Source: Chthoniobacteraceae bacterium (GTDB lineage: Bacteria > Verrucomicrobiota > Verrucomicrobiia > Chthoniobacterales > Chthoniobacteraceae). Taken from it: 64,000 bases of DNA. The position numbers and the translations under genes were made by a program. The notes beneath the pieces were generated by a model. That model ran no database searches and was not told the DNA's origin. It worked only from the letters and a program-made list of their open reading frames with translations. Of the stretch, positions 1 to 9,051 are shown in pieces. The stretch covers positions 1 to 64,000 of the forward strand of contig JBBCKI010000034.1 in assembly GCA_037190965.1 (NCBI GenBank). Direction: 5' to 3'. How positions within the stretch are numbered: position 1 is the first letter of the stretch; each line of letters begins with the position of its first letter.

Positions 1-61
1 GGGGTGCGCGAATTGGTCGCCCGCCCAACCTAGGATGGCCGGGCGACGTGGCGATCGGTGT

Positions 62-319
62 TTATTTCGCGGCGTCGCGAACGATCTTCACGTATTTGGC
101 CGCATTCTTGTCGAAGTTCCGTTTGCAACTCTTGCAACAGAGCCAGACCTCGGTGCCCTCATGAGTGAGCTTGAACGGAACCATGTCGTCGGAGCCAAGC
201 AACTCTTTGGAGACCGGACAGGTCTTCAATGGGTACTCTTTGGGGACGGGGGTTTCGTTGGCATGAACGAGGCTGCCGGCGAGAAGGGTGGATACAATAA
301 GGGTAAGGATTGATTTCAT
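62..319 (-). CDS. Small secreted YHS/TRASH-like metal-binding protein
   Basis: Signal peptide MKSILTLIVSTLLAGSLVHA followed by YPLKTCPVS...LCCKSCKRNF, a YHS/TRASH-like Cys pattern. Start moved to the ATG at 319. Confidence 0.7.
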   Translation of the reverse strand: MKSILTLIVSTLLAGSLVHANETPVPKEYPLKTCPVSKELLGSDDMVPFKLTHEGTEVWLCCKSCKRNFDKNAAKYVKIVRDAAK

Positions 320-480
320 AAGATGAATGGAATGTTTACCTGCCGATTTGGTAGCCACGCCGACACAGGCAGGCGGATGCGTGGGCGGGGCAAGGGTGGG
401 TAATGTTGGTCGCGGCGCAGAAATGGGCGCGCGAAAGTCGCAGGCAGAACTCTCCGCCGCTAGCGGAGGCCTGTGAAGAA

Positions 481-894
481 TTAGGCGAGGGGCGGAGCAT
501 GCGCCAGCAGACACTGCTGGAGAACAAGCTCCGTAAAGGAGAATGAATCGGGTGGCGGCCCCGTCTCAAAGATAGCCAGGCTGGATTTCTGGGAGATGTC
601 AAAAAGAACCATCAGCATCAGCGGTAGCACGGCGAGCACCGGCTGCGAAGCGGGCGTCAGCTTTGAAGCGACATCGGGTGCGGCCGCCTTCAACGATTTG
701 CAGCACTCCAACGGCTGCCGCCCCGGAGAGTCCTCGCTTTTCTTAACGCCGGATTGGCAGCAGTGATGCTCCTCTTTGGCAACGGGTCCACCCTGGAAGC
801 TCGCGAGCGCGCAATGATTGGTCAGCACCATCCAGCCCACCAGCACCATCAGAGTGGTGACGGCTTGGAGCACCCGGCCGAAAAGCGATCCCAT
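481..894 (-). CDS. DUF2946-like leader protein ending in HAPP
   Basis: N-terminal hydrophobic segment, HHCC and ECC clusters, C-terminal TGPP...LAHAPPLA. It lies directly upstream of the metal-binding gene. Confidence 0.6.
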   Translation of the reverse strand: MGSLFGRVLQAVTTLMVLVGWMVLTNHCALASFQGGPVAKEEHHCCQSGVKKSEDSPGRQPLECCKSLKAAAPDVASKLTPASQPVLAVLPLMLMVLFDISQKSSLAIFETGPPPDSFSFTELVLQQCLLAHAPPLA

Positions 895-1243
895 GAAGGG
901 CCGTGCAGAACGGATGGGTTTCCATGCCTTTTTGATGGCGGAGCTTGGCACGGCGGGATTTTAACGAACGAATGTCATCCTCGCAAGGAGAAATGGGACA
1001 GGGTCAGAAGGCGAAGACCGGAGACCGGAAAGAAAAGAATTCTGGTTCGATGCAATTCGTCGAACCGTGCGGTAGCACGCCCGCGCCGCCGGGCGCGGGC
1101 ATCGGCTCCCGAGTCTCCCTCGGAAACTTCCATCATGCGCCCAAATTCTCGGTAAGTAAGAGAATGAACCGCTCTCTTTTCGTTGTTTACAGAGAACGCT
1201 TGATTTGCGTCCCTCGATCCTTTAGGGATCGCTGTTCCGAAAG

Positions 1244-1317
1244 GCGCCCGTAGCTCAGCTGGATAGAGCAACGGATTTCTAATCCGTGGGTCGCAGGTTC
1301 AAGTCCTGCCGGGCGCA
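1244..1317 (+). tRNA. tRNA-Arg (anticodon TCT), CCA not encoded
   Basis: GCGCCCG/CGGGCGC acceptor stem, D arm GCTCAGCTGGATAGAGC, anticodon arm ACGGA-TTTCTAA-TCCGT, T arm GCAGG-TTCAAGT-CCTGC. Confidence 0.97.
1271..1316 (+). repeat. attL core (46 bp, 3' part of tRNA-Arg)
   Basis: ACGGATTTCTAATCCGTGGGTCGCAGGTTCAAGTCCTGCCGGGCGC is identical to 38728-38773. Confidence 0.95.
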
Positions 1318-1452
1318 TCTCTTAAAAAAGCGGGTTTACTCTGTAGATTGGCTTCTCTCGGGCCCTTCAATCAGCGCAGATTGGCGCGAGTCATTGCCGG
1401 GCAGCGCGGCGAAAACGGTTGAAAAATAGCGAAAATCGCCAATATTCGCCAC

Positions 1453-2598
1453 ATGGCCAAAGAGCGAAAATCGCCAAAAGCACTCTATCGAGTCAAACTT
1501 TGCTCGGACGGAGGCCGATACGGAGCCGTGGTCCGGTGGGATCTCGGCGGCAGACCCCACCGGAAATACTTCGAAACGGAGAAAAAAGCGCGCACCTGGG
1601 CGGACCTCCAAGCCATCAAGGCGCAAAATTCCGGCATCGGTGTTTTGGAGATGACAGACGAGCTTCGACTCGAAGCCCTCAAGGCCGCTGCCATCATCGA
1701 ACCGTTCGGGCGATCACTCGTTGAGGCCGCGCAGTTTGCGGCAGAGCATTGGCGGGCCGCATCTGCCTCAATGAAGGTCAATGAGGCCGTTGACGCCCTA
1801 TTGGCCGCCAAGGAGCGCGATGACAGGAGTGCGCGATACAGGGACGACCTCAAAGGACGGTTGGCGAAATTCGCCAAAACCTTCGGCGACCGGAAAATGT
1901 CAGAGCTGACAAGTGGCGAAATTCGCCAATGGATCAACGCCTTGCCGGTCGGACCAACAAGCCGAAACAACACGCGCCGGGTGCTTTCCGTACTCTGGAC
2001 CCACGGCATCGAGCATGACTGGTGCTCCGAAAACTTAATCGACCGGATCGGCACGGCCAACGAAGGAGCGGACAAAATTGGCATCCTGACGCCACAGGAG
2101 ACCGCCAGGCTGCTTGTTGGCACCCCGGCTAGGTCTGTGGCCCTTTTCGCTGTCGGCCTGTTCTGCGGCCTGCGTCGCTCGGAATTGGAGAGGATTACAC
2201 CGGCATCAATTCGGCTCAATTCTGGGCTTGTAGAGGTTTCGGTACGCAAAACCGGGGTGGGGAGGCGCTTTGTTAGGATCCGGCAGAATTTAAGGGCGTG
2301 GTTGCTCGGCTGTGGGCCTATCCAGAGCCTTACCACACAGCAGTTTCGAAAGGATCTTGCCCAGGCTGCCGAGAGGGCCGGAATTGAATCGTGGCCACAC
2401 AACGCAATGCGTCACTCGTTTTGCTCCTACGCCCTCGCGCACGAGCGCAACCTTAACGACTTAACGCTTGAGATGGGCCACACAAGCCCGCACACGCTGT
2501 TTGCCCACTATCGCGAGCTGGTGACCCCGGAAGACGCGGCAGCTTACTGGCGGATGACTCCAGCGAGGGCCAGGGCAATGATTAAACAGCTTCCTTGA
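1453..2598 (+). CDS. int: Tyrosine recombinase (phage integrase)
   Basis: GLRRSEL, HNAMRHSF, MGHT and AHYR catalytic motifs; adjacent to attL. Confidence 0.93.
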   Translation: MAKERKSPKALYRVKLCSDGGRYGAVVRWDLGGRPHRKYFETEKKARTWADLQAIKAQNSGIGVLEMTDELRLEALKAAAIIEPFGRSLVEAAQFAAEHWRAASASMKVNEAVDALLAAKERDDRSARYRDDLKGRLAKFAKTFGDRKMSELTSGEIRQWINALPVGPTSRNNTRRVLSVLWTHGIEHDWCSENLIDRIGTANEGADKIGILTPQETARLLVGTPARSVALFAVGLFCGLRRSELERITPASIRLNSGLVEVSVRKTGVGRRFVRIRQNLRAWLLGCGPIQSLTTQQFRKDLAQAAERAGIESWPHNAMRHSFCSYALAHERNLNDLTLEMGHTSPHTLFAHYRELVTPEDAAAYWRMTPARARAMIKQLP

Positions 2599-2615
2599 GC
2601 TGCCCCGATGATCTC

Positions 2616-3176
2616 TTAACGCGACTTCAGATAGGCCTCGTAATCGTCGACGAGGCCCTTGAGCTTCTCCGGAGACGAGATGCTTGATAGTCCATTGGAA
2701 AAGTGCGGTCTGTACACCCCGTCCTTGTAATCCATTCCGATCACGTAGCCGATAAGCTTGGAGCCGGAAACATAGCGCACCCCAAGGGCGGCGTAGTTGG
2801 TGTTGTTCTCCGTCACTTCCGGCGAAACAAACTCGATGGACGACAACTGGGAATTCACATCCCGAGTGATCACCTCGCGTCGATAGACGTACGGGGATGA
2901 GCCTGATTGGTTGGATCGTGCGATCCAAAGAGCCCACACTCTTACCCCTTTTGCTGGATCGTTTCCAAACTTCGTCACCTCAACCAGAATCGTCTTTTTG
3001 CGGACGGTGTCGCGGTCGTAGCTACCGTAATCCGTCTTCCAGTTGTCGGTGTCCTGCTTCTTCGTTCCGGTTTCTTTGGCACGAAATGAAAGGTTGGAAG
3101 GCTTTGATGACGGCGCTTCTTGGGTTTGTGCGCATGCGATGGCGCATGTTGCAAGGAGAATTGAGATCCATTTCAT
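2616..3176 (-). CDS. Secreted phage protein of unknown function (lysogeny region)
   Basis: Signal peptide MKWISILLATCAIACA; converges on int. Confidence 0.7.
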   Translation of the reverse strand: MKWISILLATCAIACAQTQEAPSSKPSNLSFRAKETGTKKQDTDNWKTDYGSYDRDTVRKKTILVEVTKFGNDPAKGVRVWALWIARSNQSGSSPYVYRREVITRDVNSQLSSIEFVSPEVTENNTNYAALGVRYVSGSKLIGYVIGMDYKDGVYRPHFSNGLSSISSPEKLKGLVDDYEAYLKSR

Positions 3177-3213
3177 AGTCACCCTATTTCATATTTTGTT
3201 CTGCCTGGATAGG

Positions 3214-3711
3214 CTATTTGGCGGAAGATGCGGACAAAACAGACCAGGCCTCATCAGGATCAGATCGCAATACCCGCGTTCGAAATTCTCCGTTCTTCTG
3301 AATTTCTCCGCAATCATAGACGACCAGCCTATAAGTTTCGCCGTCTACCGCATCCTGTGGAGCCTTCCAATGAATGAAAAATTTACCTGGAAGCATAGGG
3401 CCTTGCATCAATTTGTATGTGTCGTAATCGACAATTGACTTAAAGACATTGCCCATGACGCCTTCTTCGGTGATTCGAGAAATCGTTATCCACACGACCA
3501 TTCGAGCGGCTACAAGGCGGTCGTTTTTTTCCTGATCCAGCTTTCTTTGTTCAATTTTGGAAAGCGACTCCTCGTAGGCGGCTCGCCTCTTCTTTGCAAT
3601 CGCCTCCTGCACAGCTCTGATCCGCTCCTCTTTGCTGCTGGAAGAGGAAGCATGGCTGACCTGGCCAAAGGCTATGGCCTCCGCAGCTAGCAAGATCAGC
3701 ATCCATTTCAT
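3214..3711 (-). CDS. Secreted phage protein of unknown function
   Basis: Signal peptide MKWMLILLAAEAIAFG followed by a coiled coil. Start moved to the ATG at 3711. Confidence 0.65.
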   Translation of the reverse strand: MKWMLILLAAEAIAFGQVSHASSSSSKEERIRAVQEAIAKKRRAAYEESLSKIEQRKLDQEKNDRLVAARMVVWITISRITEEGVMGNVFKSIVDYDTYKLMQGPMLPGKFFIHWKAPQDAVDGETYRLVVYDCGEIQKNGEFRTRVLRSDPDEAWSVLSASSAK

Positions 3712-3757
3712 TCCTTTGTCTAATCTTTGGTCGCACTGCGTGTCCAGCAATACCGGA

Positions 3758-4072
3758 TCATTCCTCCCTGCGCTCGGCGATCTCCCGCGCCAGCTCTTCA
3801 AGCCGATGCTCGAAGTAGCTCGACGGCTTTGCGGGCTCGTCGTAGCCGTCCGCAATCTCCCTAAAGACCGCCTCCCTCATTTCTGGCCGGTCATCGTTGG
3901 CCACCTGGAGGGTTAGGGCATGAGGCTTTTTGCACCACAGATCGAACAGGACAAGCCCTAGCAGGTAGGCGGAAACGGAACGGTATCCGAGCTCTTTCGC
4001 GCGTCTCCGCATTAAATCTGCGATCAAAAACGGGAAAGTTGCGGCCACCCTAACAGCCTTAAATGCAGTCAT
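3758..4072 (-). CDS. Ribbon-helix-helix-like DNA-binding protein
   Basis: Strand-helix-helix pattern VRVAATFP...LMRRRAKELGYRSVSAYLLGLV. Confidence 0.6.
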   Translation of the reverse strand: MTAFKAVRVAATFPFLIADLMRRRAKELGYRSVSAYLLGLVLFDLWCKKPHALTLQVANDDRPEMREAVFREIADGYDEPAKPSSYFEHRLEELAREIAERREE

Positions 4073-4280
4073 TTAGATTTAAATTGTGAATAACTTCGGA
4101 TGTCGAGGACATTGCCTCGTCATTGCATCGTTTTTCTTCGCGATGTAATATCAGGCCATGAAGAGTTTAGACACCGTTCTCCAGTCTGCTTTCAGTTGTA
4201 AGTGCTTGAATGCTGGCAACTTGCCACTTGCAAAAACAATGTGCCATCCCGTAATATCGCCGCCCATGATGACAGGGATT

Positions 4281-4541
4281 TTACGTCTTTTCGGGCACGG
4301 AAACTTTATCGCTGCTTTTGTCAGAGACGAACTCCAGCGGAATGGATATTTGTTCCTTTCGCTTTTTGGACTGAAGGACATATGCCTTTATCGCATCCAG
4401 AAAAAACGGAGTCATTTTACTCTTGCCCGAAAAATCCCCGCTCTCATCAAGAGCCTCCTGGAATTCGCGCTTAAGCCTGTCCGGTATTCGGAACGTGATG
4501 GTTTCGTCTGCCACCTCGTGAGAGTGAGGACTTAAAATCAT
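4281..4541 (-). CDS. Ribbon-helix-helix-like regulator (candidate repressor)
   Basis: ETITFRIPDRLKREFQEAL...FFLDAIKAYV is CopG/Arc-like. It is the first leftward gene at the divergent switch. Confidence 0.6.
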   Translation of the reverse strand: MILSPHSHEVADETITFRIPDRLKREFQEALDESGDFSGKSKMTPFFLDAIKAYVLQSKKRKEQISIPLEFVSDKSSDKVSVPEKT

Positions 4542-4562
4542 GGCGGAAAGATAAAACGTGTA

Positions 4563-4591
4563 TTGACCACGGTTAGTGCTACTGTTAGTAT
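4563..4591 (+). promoter_or_regulatory. Sigma70-type rightward early promoter
   Basis: TTGACC-17 bp-TAGTAT with an extended TG; overlaps two GTTAGT direct repeats. Confidence 0.7.
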
Positions 4592-4708
4592 CGCGTGTTC
4601 TCTAAACGAAAACAAGCCCCCTTTTGGATGCCCGTCCAAAACAAAAAACCCGCAACGCGAAAGGCGAAGCGGGCACCTAAAAAAAATGACTTAAACCCTA
4701 AAAAAGTT

Positions 4709-4741
4709 GAAGCCCCGCGAGGTACGAACTCGCGGGGCTTC
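4709..4741 (+). other. Perfect 13-bp hairpin in early leader
   Basis: GAAGCCCCGCGAG-GTACGAA-CTCGCGGGGCTTC. Confidence 0.75.
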
Positions 4742-4894
4742 TAAAACCATTCAAACTATGCCTAGCAGCATCTTTGATGGCCGGAGATTAAACACCTCCA
4801 GCCGTCGAATCAACACCTTTTTGTCAAAATTTCAAGGCCGAGTGACAATTTTCGGCTTTGATCGGGGATTCCCCTGTCGGAAAGGAGGCTCGAT

Positions 4895-5191
4895 GTGAGC
4901 GTCCTTGATCTATTTCCCGACAAGTTCACCCCTCAAATTCGCGAGGCCGCCCTCAAAAGGATGCTGGAGGGGCCGAAAACCGGAAGCCTCATTAAGCATC
5001 GGCAGAAGCTCACGCCGCAGGAATCCGAAGACGTGTTGCTCGTTCTTCTCGCTGTTGAGGCAGTCAACCGACATGCCGACTTTTCGAAAGAAGAACTAGC
5101 CCACCTTCGCGGGATCTCCGTCGACAAGCTCGGCGATGAAGCCGCAGCGAAAAACGAGGCGAAAAAGAACGCGAATTACAAACAACGGTAA
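4895..5191 (+). CDS. Phage hypothetical protein
   Basis: 98-aa ORF in the early operon with an upstream AGGAGG. Confidence 0.55.
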   Translation: MSVLDLFPDKFTPQIREAALKRMLEGPKTGSLIKHRQKLTPQESEDVLLVLLAVEAVNRHADFSKEELAHLRGISVDKLGDEAAAKNEAKKNANYKQR

Positions 5192-5446
5192 TTCACCGGC
5201 GATTCACTGGCTAAACACGGATACCCAAAAACAGCGGATCCCCTAATCTAGTCCCATCGCAAACAACTAGCGATGAGAACCAGAGAAGAATAACCCTAAC
5301 CCGCACAACACCCCATGAAGCCAGTCGCCGAAGTGTTCCATCTATTGTCAATTCTGCTCTCCGGAATTTCCATCGGGGCGGCCCTCGGAAACCTGCTCCG
5401 CCGCGACTAACTCCAGGAAAAAGGGAAATAAACAAAACCGCGCTTT

Positions 5447-5902
5447 ATGAACCTCCACAAAGTCCAACAAATCAAAGAAACCGACGACATCAACGAAGTA
5501 AACGCGCTGATCCAAGACGGATGGGCGATCCTCGCCATCTATGCATGGCCAACGCGCAAAGGGACGAGTTTCGTCTATAGCTTAGGAACGACTAAAAGCC
5601 CCAGCATTCCCGAACCCGATAATCAGCATCCTCAACAGGGCGAGGCCGCCTCACAATTCGCTGTACACTCAGGCCCGGAATGCGTCCATATTGACCCCCT
5701 TGGAAAATCCTCCATCGAACTCACTAAGGCCGATGCGGTCTTTCTCGCATGGCTGCTGTTGGAGCCGGTTGCTACCCGTTCCACTGCATGTTCACACGGC
5801 GACCCTTTAACCGTGCATTTTTCCGCTGAGTCTCACGCCAGCGGCGAAACATCGCAAGGAGCCGAGTCTCAGACCGGAGCGGCTGAAATCCCCACACGGT
5901 AA
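5447..5902 (+). CDS. Phage hypothetical protein
   Basis: ATG after an A-rich leader. The N-terminal half is protein-like; the 3' extent is uncertain because it overlaps the minus-strand ORF 5772-5978. Confidence 0.45.
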   Translation: MNLHKVQQIKETDDINEVNALIQDGWAILAIYAWPTRKGTSFVYSLGTTKSPSIPEPDNQHPQQGEAASQFAVHSGPECVHIDPLGKSSIELTKADAVFLAWLLLEPVATRSTACSHGDPLTVHFSAESHASGETSQGAESQTGAAEIPTR

Positions 5903-6065
5903 AGACGAAGTCTAACTCATTGTCGATCAGTCTGCCGGAAATCATCCGGCCTTGGTTGAACGGGTCTTGGTCCTCCATAAGCCGCCACCTCTAGCGGCCC
6001 GAAACAAACAGAGCAAGAACTTCCGGGGTAATTTACGCCCCATTCGTAAACACCCTTTTAACGAA

Positions 6066-6323
6066 ATGAATAACACTTCTCAAAACCTCGAACTTTTCGT
6101 ACAGGTCGCCCGTAACGGCTCCTTTCGTGGCGCATCCAGCGGCGAGAAAATATGCAATCGGATTGCTCTCATGCTGGAGGATATCGGCGATGACGTTGCC
6201 GTGATCGACTTCGAGCTACTGGAGGGCGCGATTGATCTCCTCCGACTCCAGCGCGGGCCATGGAAGACCTACGCTGAAAAACAAGCTGTGTTCCGCCTGA
6301 CTGCCCGCGCGGCTGGCAGGTAG
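6066..6323 (+). CDS. Phage hypothetical protein
   Basis: ATG at 6066 in ORF 5952-6323. Confidence 0.5.
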   Translation: MNNTSQNLELFVQVARNGSFRGASSGEKICNRIALMLEDIGDDVAVIDFELLEGAIDLLRLQRGPWKTYAEKQAVFRLTARAAGR

Positions 6324-6341
6324 TTGATTCCCTCGATCACT

Positions 6342-6521
6342 ATGCAACCGCCACTAACGCGGAAGGAACTGGCCAAGAAGTATGGAGTCGGAATGAGAAC
6401 CGTCGATTCTTGGGTCACATCTAGGCGCATCGCCCATCTTAAAATCGGTGGAATGGTGAAGTTCACCGAAAAGCACATCGCTGAATTCGAGAAAGCCCAC
6501 ACCGTCAAAGCCATTTCCTAA
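6342..6521 (+). CDS. Excisionase-like HTH protein
   Basis: LTRKELAKKYGVGMRTVDSWV...IAHLKIGGMVKF fits the Xis/MerR-like pattern. Confidence 0.8.
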   Translation: MQPPLTRKELAKKYGVGMRTVDSWVTSRRIAHLKIGGMVKFTEKHIAEFEKAHTVKAIS

Positions 6522-6525
6522 TCTC

Positions 6526-7248
6526 ATGACAACTCAATCAGTTAAACTCTCAGACATCCGCATCGATGGCGGAACGCAGACGCGGGCCGCGATAAATGAC
6601 AGCATTGTCGAGGACTATTCCATCGACATGGAACGTGGAGATAAGTTCCCGCCAGTCATCTTGTTCAACGATGGCGCTCATAAATGGCTGGCCGATGGAT
6701 TTCATCGCTACCATGCCTCGCGTAAGGCTGAATTCCTCGACGTCCTTGCCGATGTTCGGACCGGCACTAGGACGGATGCGGTTAAGTACGCGCTTGGCGC
6801 GAATCGCTCGAATGGATTGCGCCGGGATAACAGGGACAAACGGCGCTGCGTAGAGATCGCGCTGGAAGAGTTTTCCAGTCTCAGCGACCGGGCGATTGCC
6901 GAATTATGCGGAGTCAGCAACCAGTTTGTAAGCAATCTTCGGCCCCAGTTGTCAACGGTTGACACCTCAGATCAACCGGCTACGCGCACTGGTGCCGACG
7001 GCAAGCAATACCCGGTGAAGAAGAAGGCCGCCGAGCCCGTGCAGGAGCCAGAAACCCATTTGCCGGTCTCCAACGTCGAAGGGCGAACTGCGCCCATACC
7101 CGACATCGCCCTAACGCCAGAGCAGGCCCGCAACGTCGCAGAGGCAGAGCAGGACAGCGCAAATCTTTGGAACCTCAAATCCTACTGGAAGAGGGCCAGC
7201 AAACGAGACCGTCAGGCATTCCAAGCCTGGATCGCAGAGAATCAGTAA
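6526..7248 (+). CDS. ParB/Srx N-terminal domain protein with HTH
   Basis: PPVILF...LADGFHRYHA motif and HTH SDRAIAELCGVSNQFVSNLR. Confidence 0.85.
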   Translation: MTTQSVKLSDIRIDGGTQTRAAINDSIVEDYSIDMERGDKFPPVILFNDGAHKWLADGFHRYHASRKAEFLDVLADVRTGTRTDAVKYALGANRSNGLRRDNRDKRRCVEIALEEFSSLSDRAIAELCGVSNQFVSNLRPQLSTVDTSDQPATRTGADGKQYPVKKKAAEPVQEPETHLPVSNVEGRTAPIPDIALTPEQARNVAEAEQDSANLWNLKSYWKRASKRDRQAFQAWIAENQ

Positions 7249-7267
7249 CCAATCAGAAAAACAAGCC

Positions 7268-8110
7268 ATGAAAACAATCATTGAAACCGTCATCGAAACC
7301 ATCACGCCAAATCAGGCAAAAGCATACCTCAAGGCGAACACTCATAACCGCGTCCTTAGGCAAGATCGGATTGATCTATATACCAACGAAATTCGCGCTG
7401 GCCGCTGGCGTGTCACTCATCAAGGGATAGCCTTTGATGACGAGGGGACGCTAATTGATGGGCAGCATCGCCTTCTCGCAATCATTAAAGCTGATCGGCC
7501 TATTAAGATTCAGGTAACGCGAGGCATCCCTAAAAGCGATGGCGGGTTGTTCGCTCAAGACCTGATTGATGTGGGCGGTAAGCGCTCAGTCGCCGATTCC
7601 CTGCACCTTAGTCATGGAGTCCATAACGCGAATGTTGTCTCGGGCGTTGCAAATGCGATTGTCCAGATCTGCGCGCCTTCCACGCGCACTAGCAGCGTAG
7701 GACTCGCCCTTGCAGTCCTACGGATTTATGGGCCAAGCATCCATACGGCAATCCAACTGGTCGGAAATTTCAAGCCTGCCAAAAAATCCCCAATCATCGC
7801 GACGATTGCGTTTGCCATGCAGATTGATCCAAACGCGGTATCGCTCTTTGCTTGCCAGATTTCTCGTGGCGAGGACATCAGGGTCGGAGATCCGGCTTTC
7901 TGTCTCCGGGAATACATGATCAACCGAGGCTTGCAAACCGGGAGACTAGCTAGCCAGTTCGCAATCGAGTGCGTAGCCAACTCTATCTACAATGCGATCC
8001 ATGGAAACCAGATCAAGCTACTAAAGGCAGGATCACGAGGGATCAACTGGCTGCGCGATAAGCAGCGCGGAAGCGTGCAGGCGATCAGGGAGGCCGCTGG
8101 ATTGAAGTAA
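7268..8110 (+). CDS. ParB-like (DGQHR-motif) protein
   Basis: ITPNQAKAYL...QGIAFDDEGTLIDGQHRLLAII. Confidence 0.8.
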   Translation: MKTIIETVIETITPNQAKAYLKANTHNRVLRQDRIDLYTNEIRAGRWRVTHQGIAFDDEGTLIDGQHRLLAIIKADRPIKIQVTRGIPKSDGGLFAQDLIDVGGKRSVADSLHLSHGVHNANVVSGVANAIVQICAPSTRTSSVGLALAVLRIYGPSIHTAIQLVGNFKPAKKSPIIATIAFAMQIDPNAVSLFACQISRGEDIRVGDPAFCLREYMINRGLQTGRLASQFAIECVANSIYNAIHGNQIKLLKAGSRGINWLRDKQRGSVQAIREAAGLK

Positions 8111-8124
8111 CCAGACCTAATCAA

Positions 8125-9025
8125 ATGAGCCGAGAACGCCACGTCACCACCCGCATGTCTCTCATGGGTCGCCAGGGCGAAGGCCGGTCAACCCTGAAGC
8201 CCGGCGAAACCATGTCCACCTGCCAAGCCATCGCAAAGGCCGCTCGAAAATGCTCTTCGCCGTCACCATGGGCGCGTCGAGCTAAGAAGAACTAATTATG
8301 ACCAAACTCCAATTTGACAGTACAAAGATTGCAGCCGCAGCACGGAGATTTTCGATTCCTTATCCCTGGCTGCCTCCGACAGACCTTCCGCTTACGCAAG
8401 CGGCTATGGCGAATCTAAAAACTAGAGCTCAGGCAAAGGAGGAGGGCTGTCGTCAGCTCACCTCGCAATATGGAGCAACCCAGCACTGGATGATTGAGAA
8501 CGTGCTCAAAGATCATCCAAAGGGGGTTCTGGTTGAAGCCACTGAGGGTCACGAGGTTTGGGTTCCGAAAGGGGGCCAATGAGCGTACACGACGTATATA
8601 GCATAGCTTATTTTGTGATCCTCGCCCTGATCGCTGCCGCATTGATTGCCGCCAGTCGCGACAATCATCGCCTCAACAAGATGGCCGACAAATGCCGCAG
8701 AAAGCACAAAGGCGACAACGCTGAAGTTCTCAACGCGATCCGCAACTGGCGAGGCCGAGTCTGAGCAGAGGAAGCCCTCATGCTCTTCCAATTCGAAACA
8801 ACCCATCCCGACACGGGTGGCGCAATCTTAGTTAAAGCAGAGCACTTTCCGGCTCGAAAATCCCGGGATTGGGAGAGCCCAGACGATCCCGAGGAGATCA
8901 TCATCAAAGACGTGATCTGCAAGGGCTGCTCAATCCCATTCGCAGACTTCGAAGCCGATCTCGAAGAGCAGGCGTTCGAAGAGATCGCCGAGCTAAATCC
9001 AAACCACTTTCACCCCAAACCTTAA
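8125..9025 (+). CDS. Run of four small phage hypothetical ORFs (8125-8295, 8298-8582, 8579-8764, 8780-9025)
   Basis: Tightly packed ORFs, one pair with an ATGA overlap; 8579-8764 has one TM helix. Confidence 0.55.
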
Positions 9026-9051
9026 TCCAAAAACAAAACCAACCAAAAACC

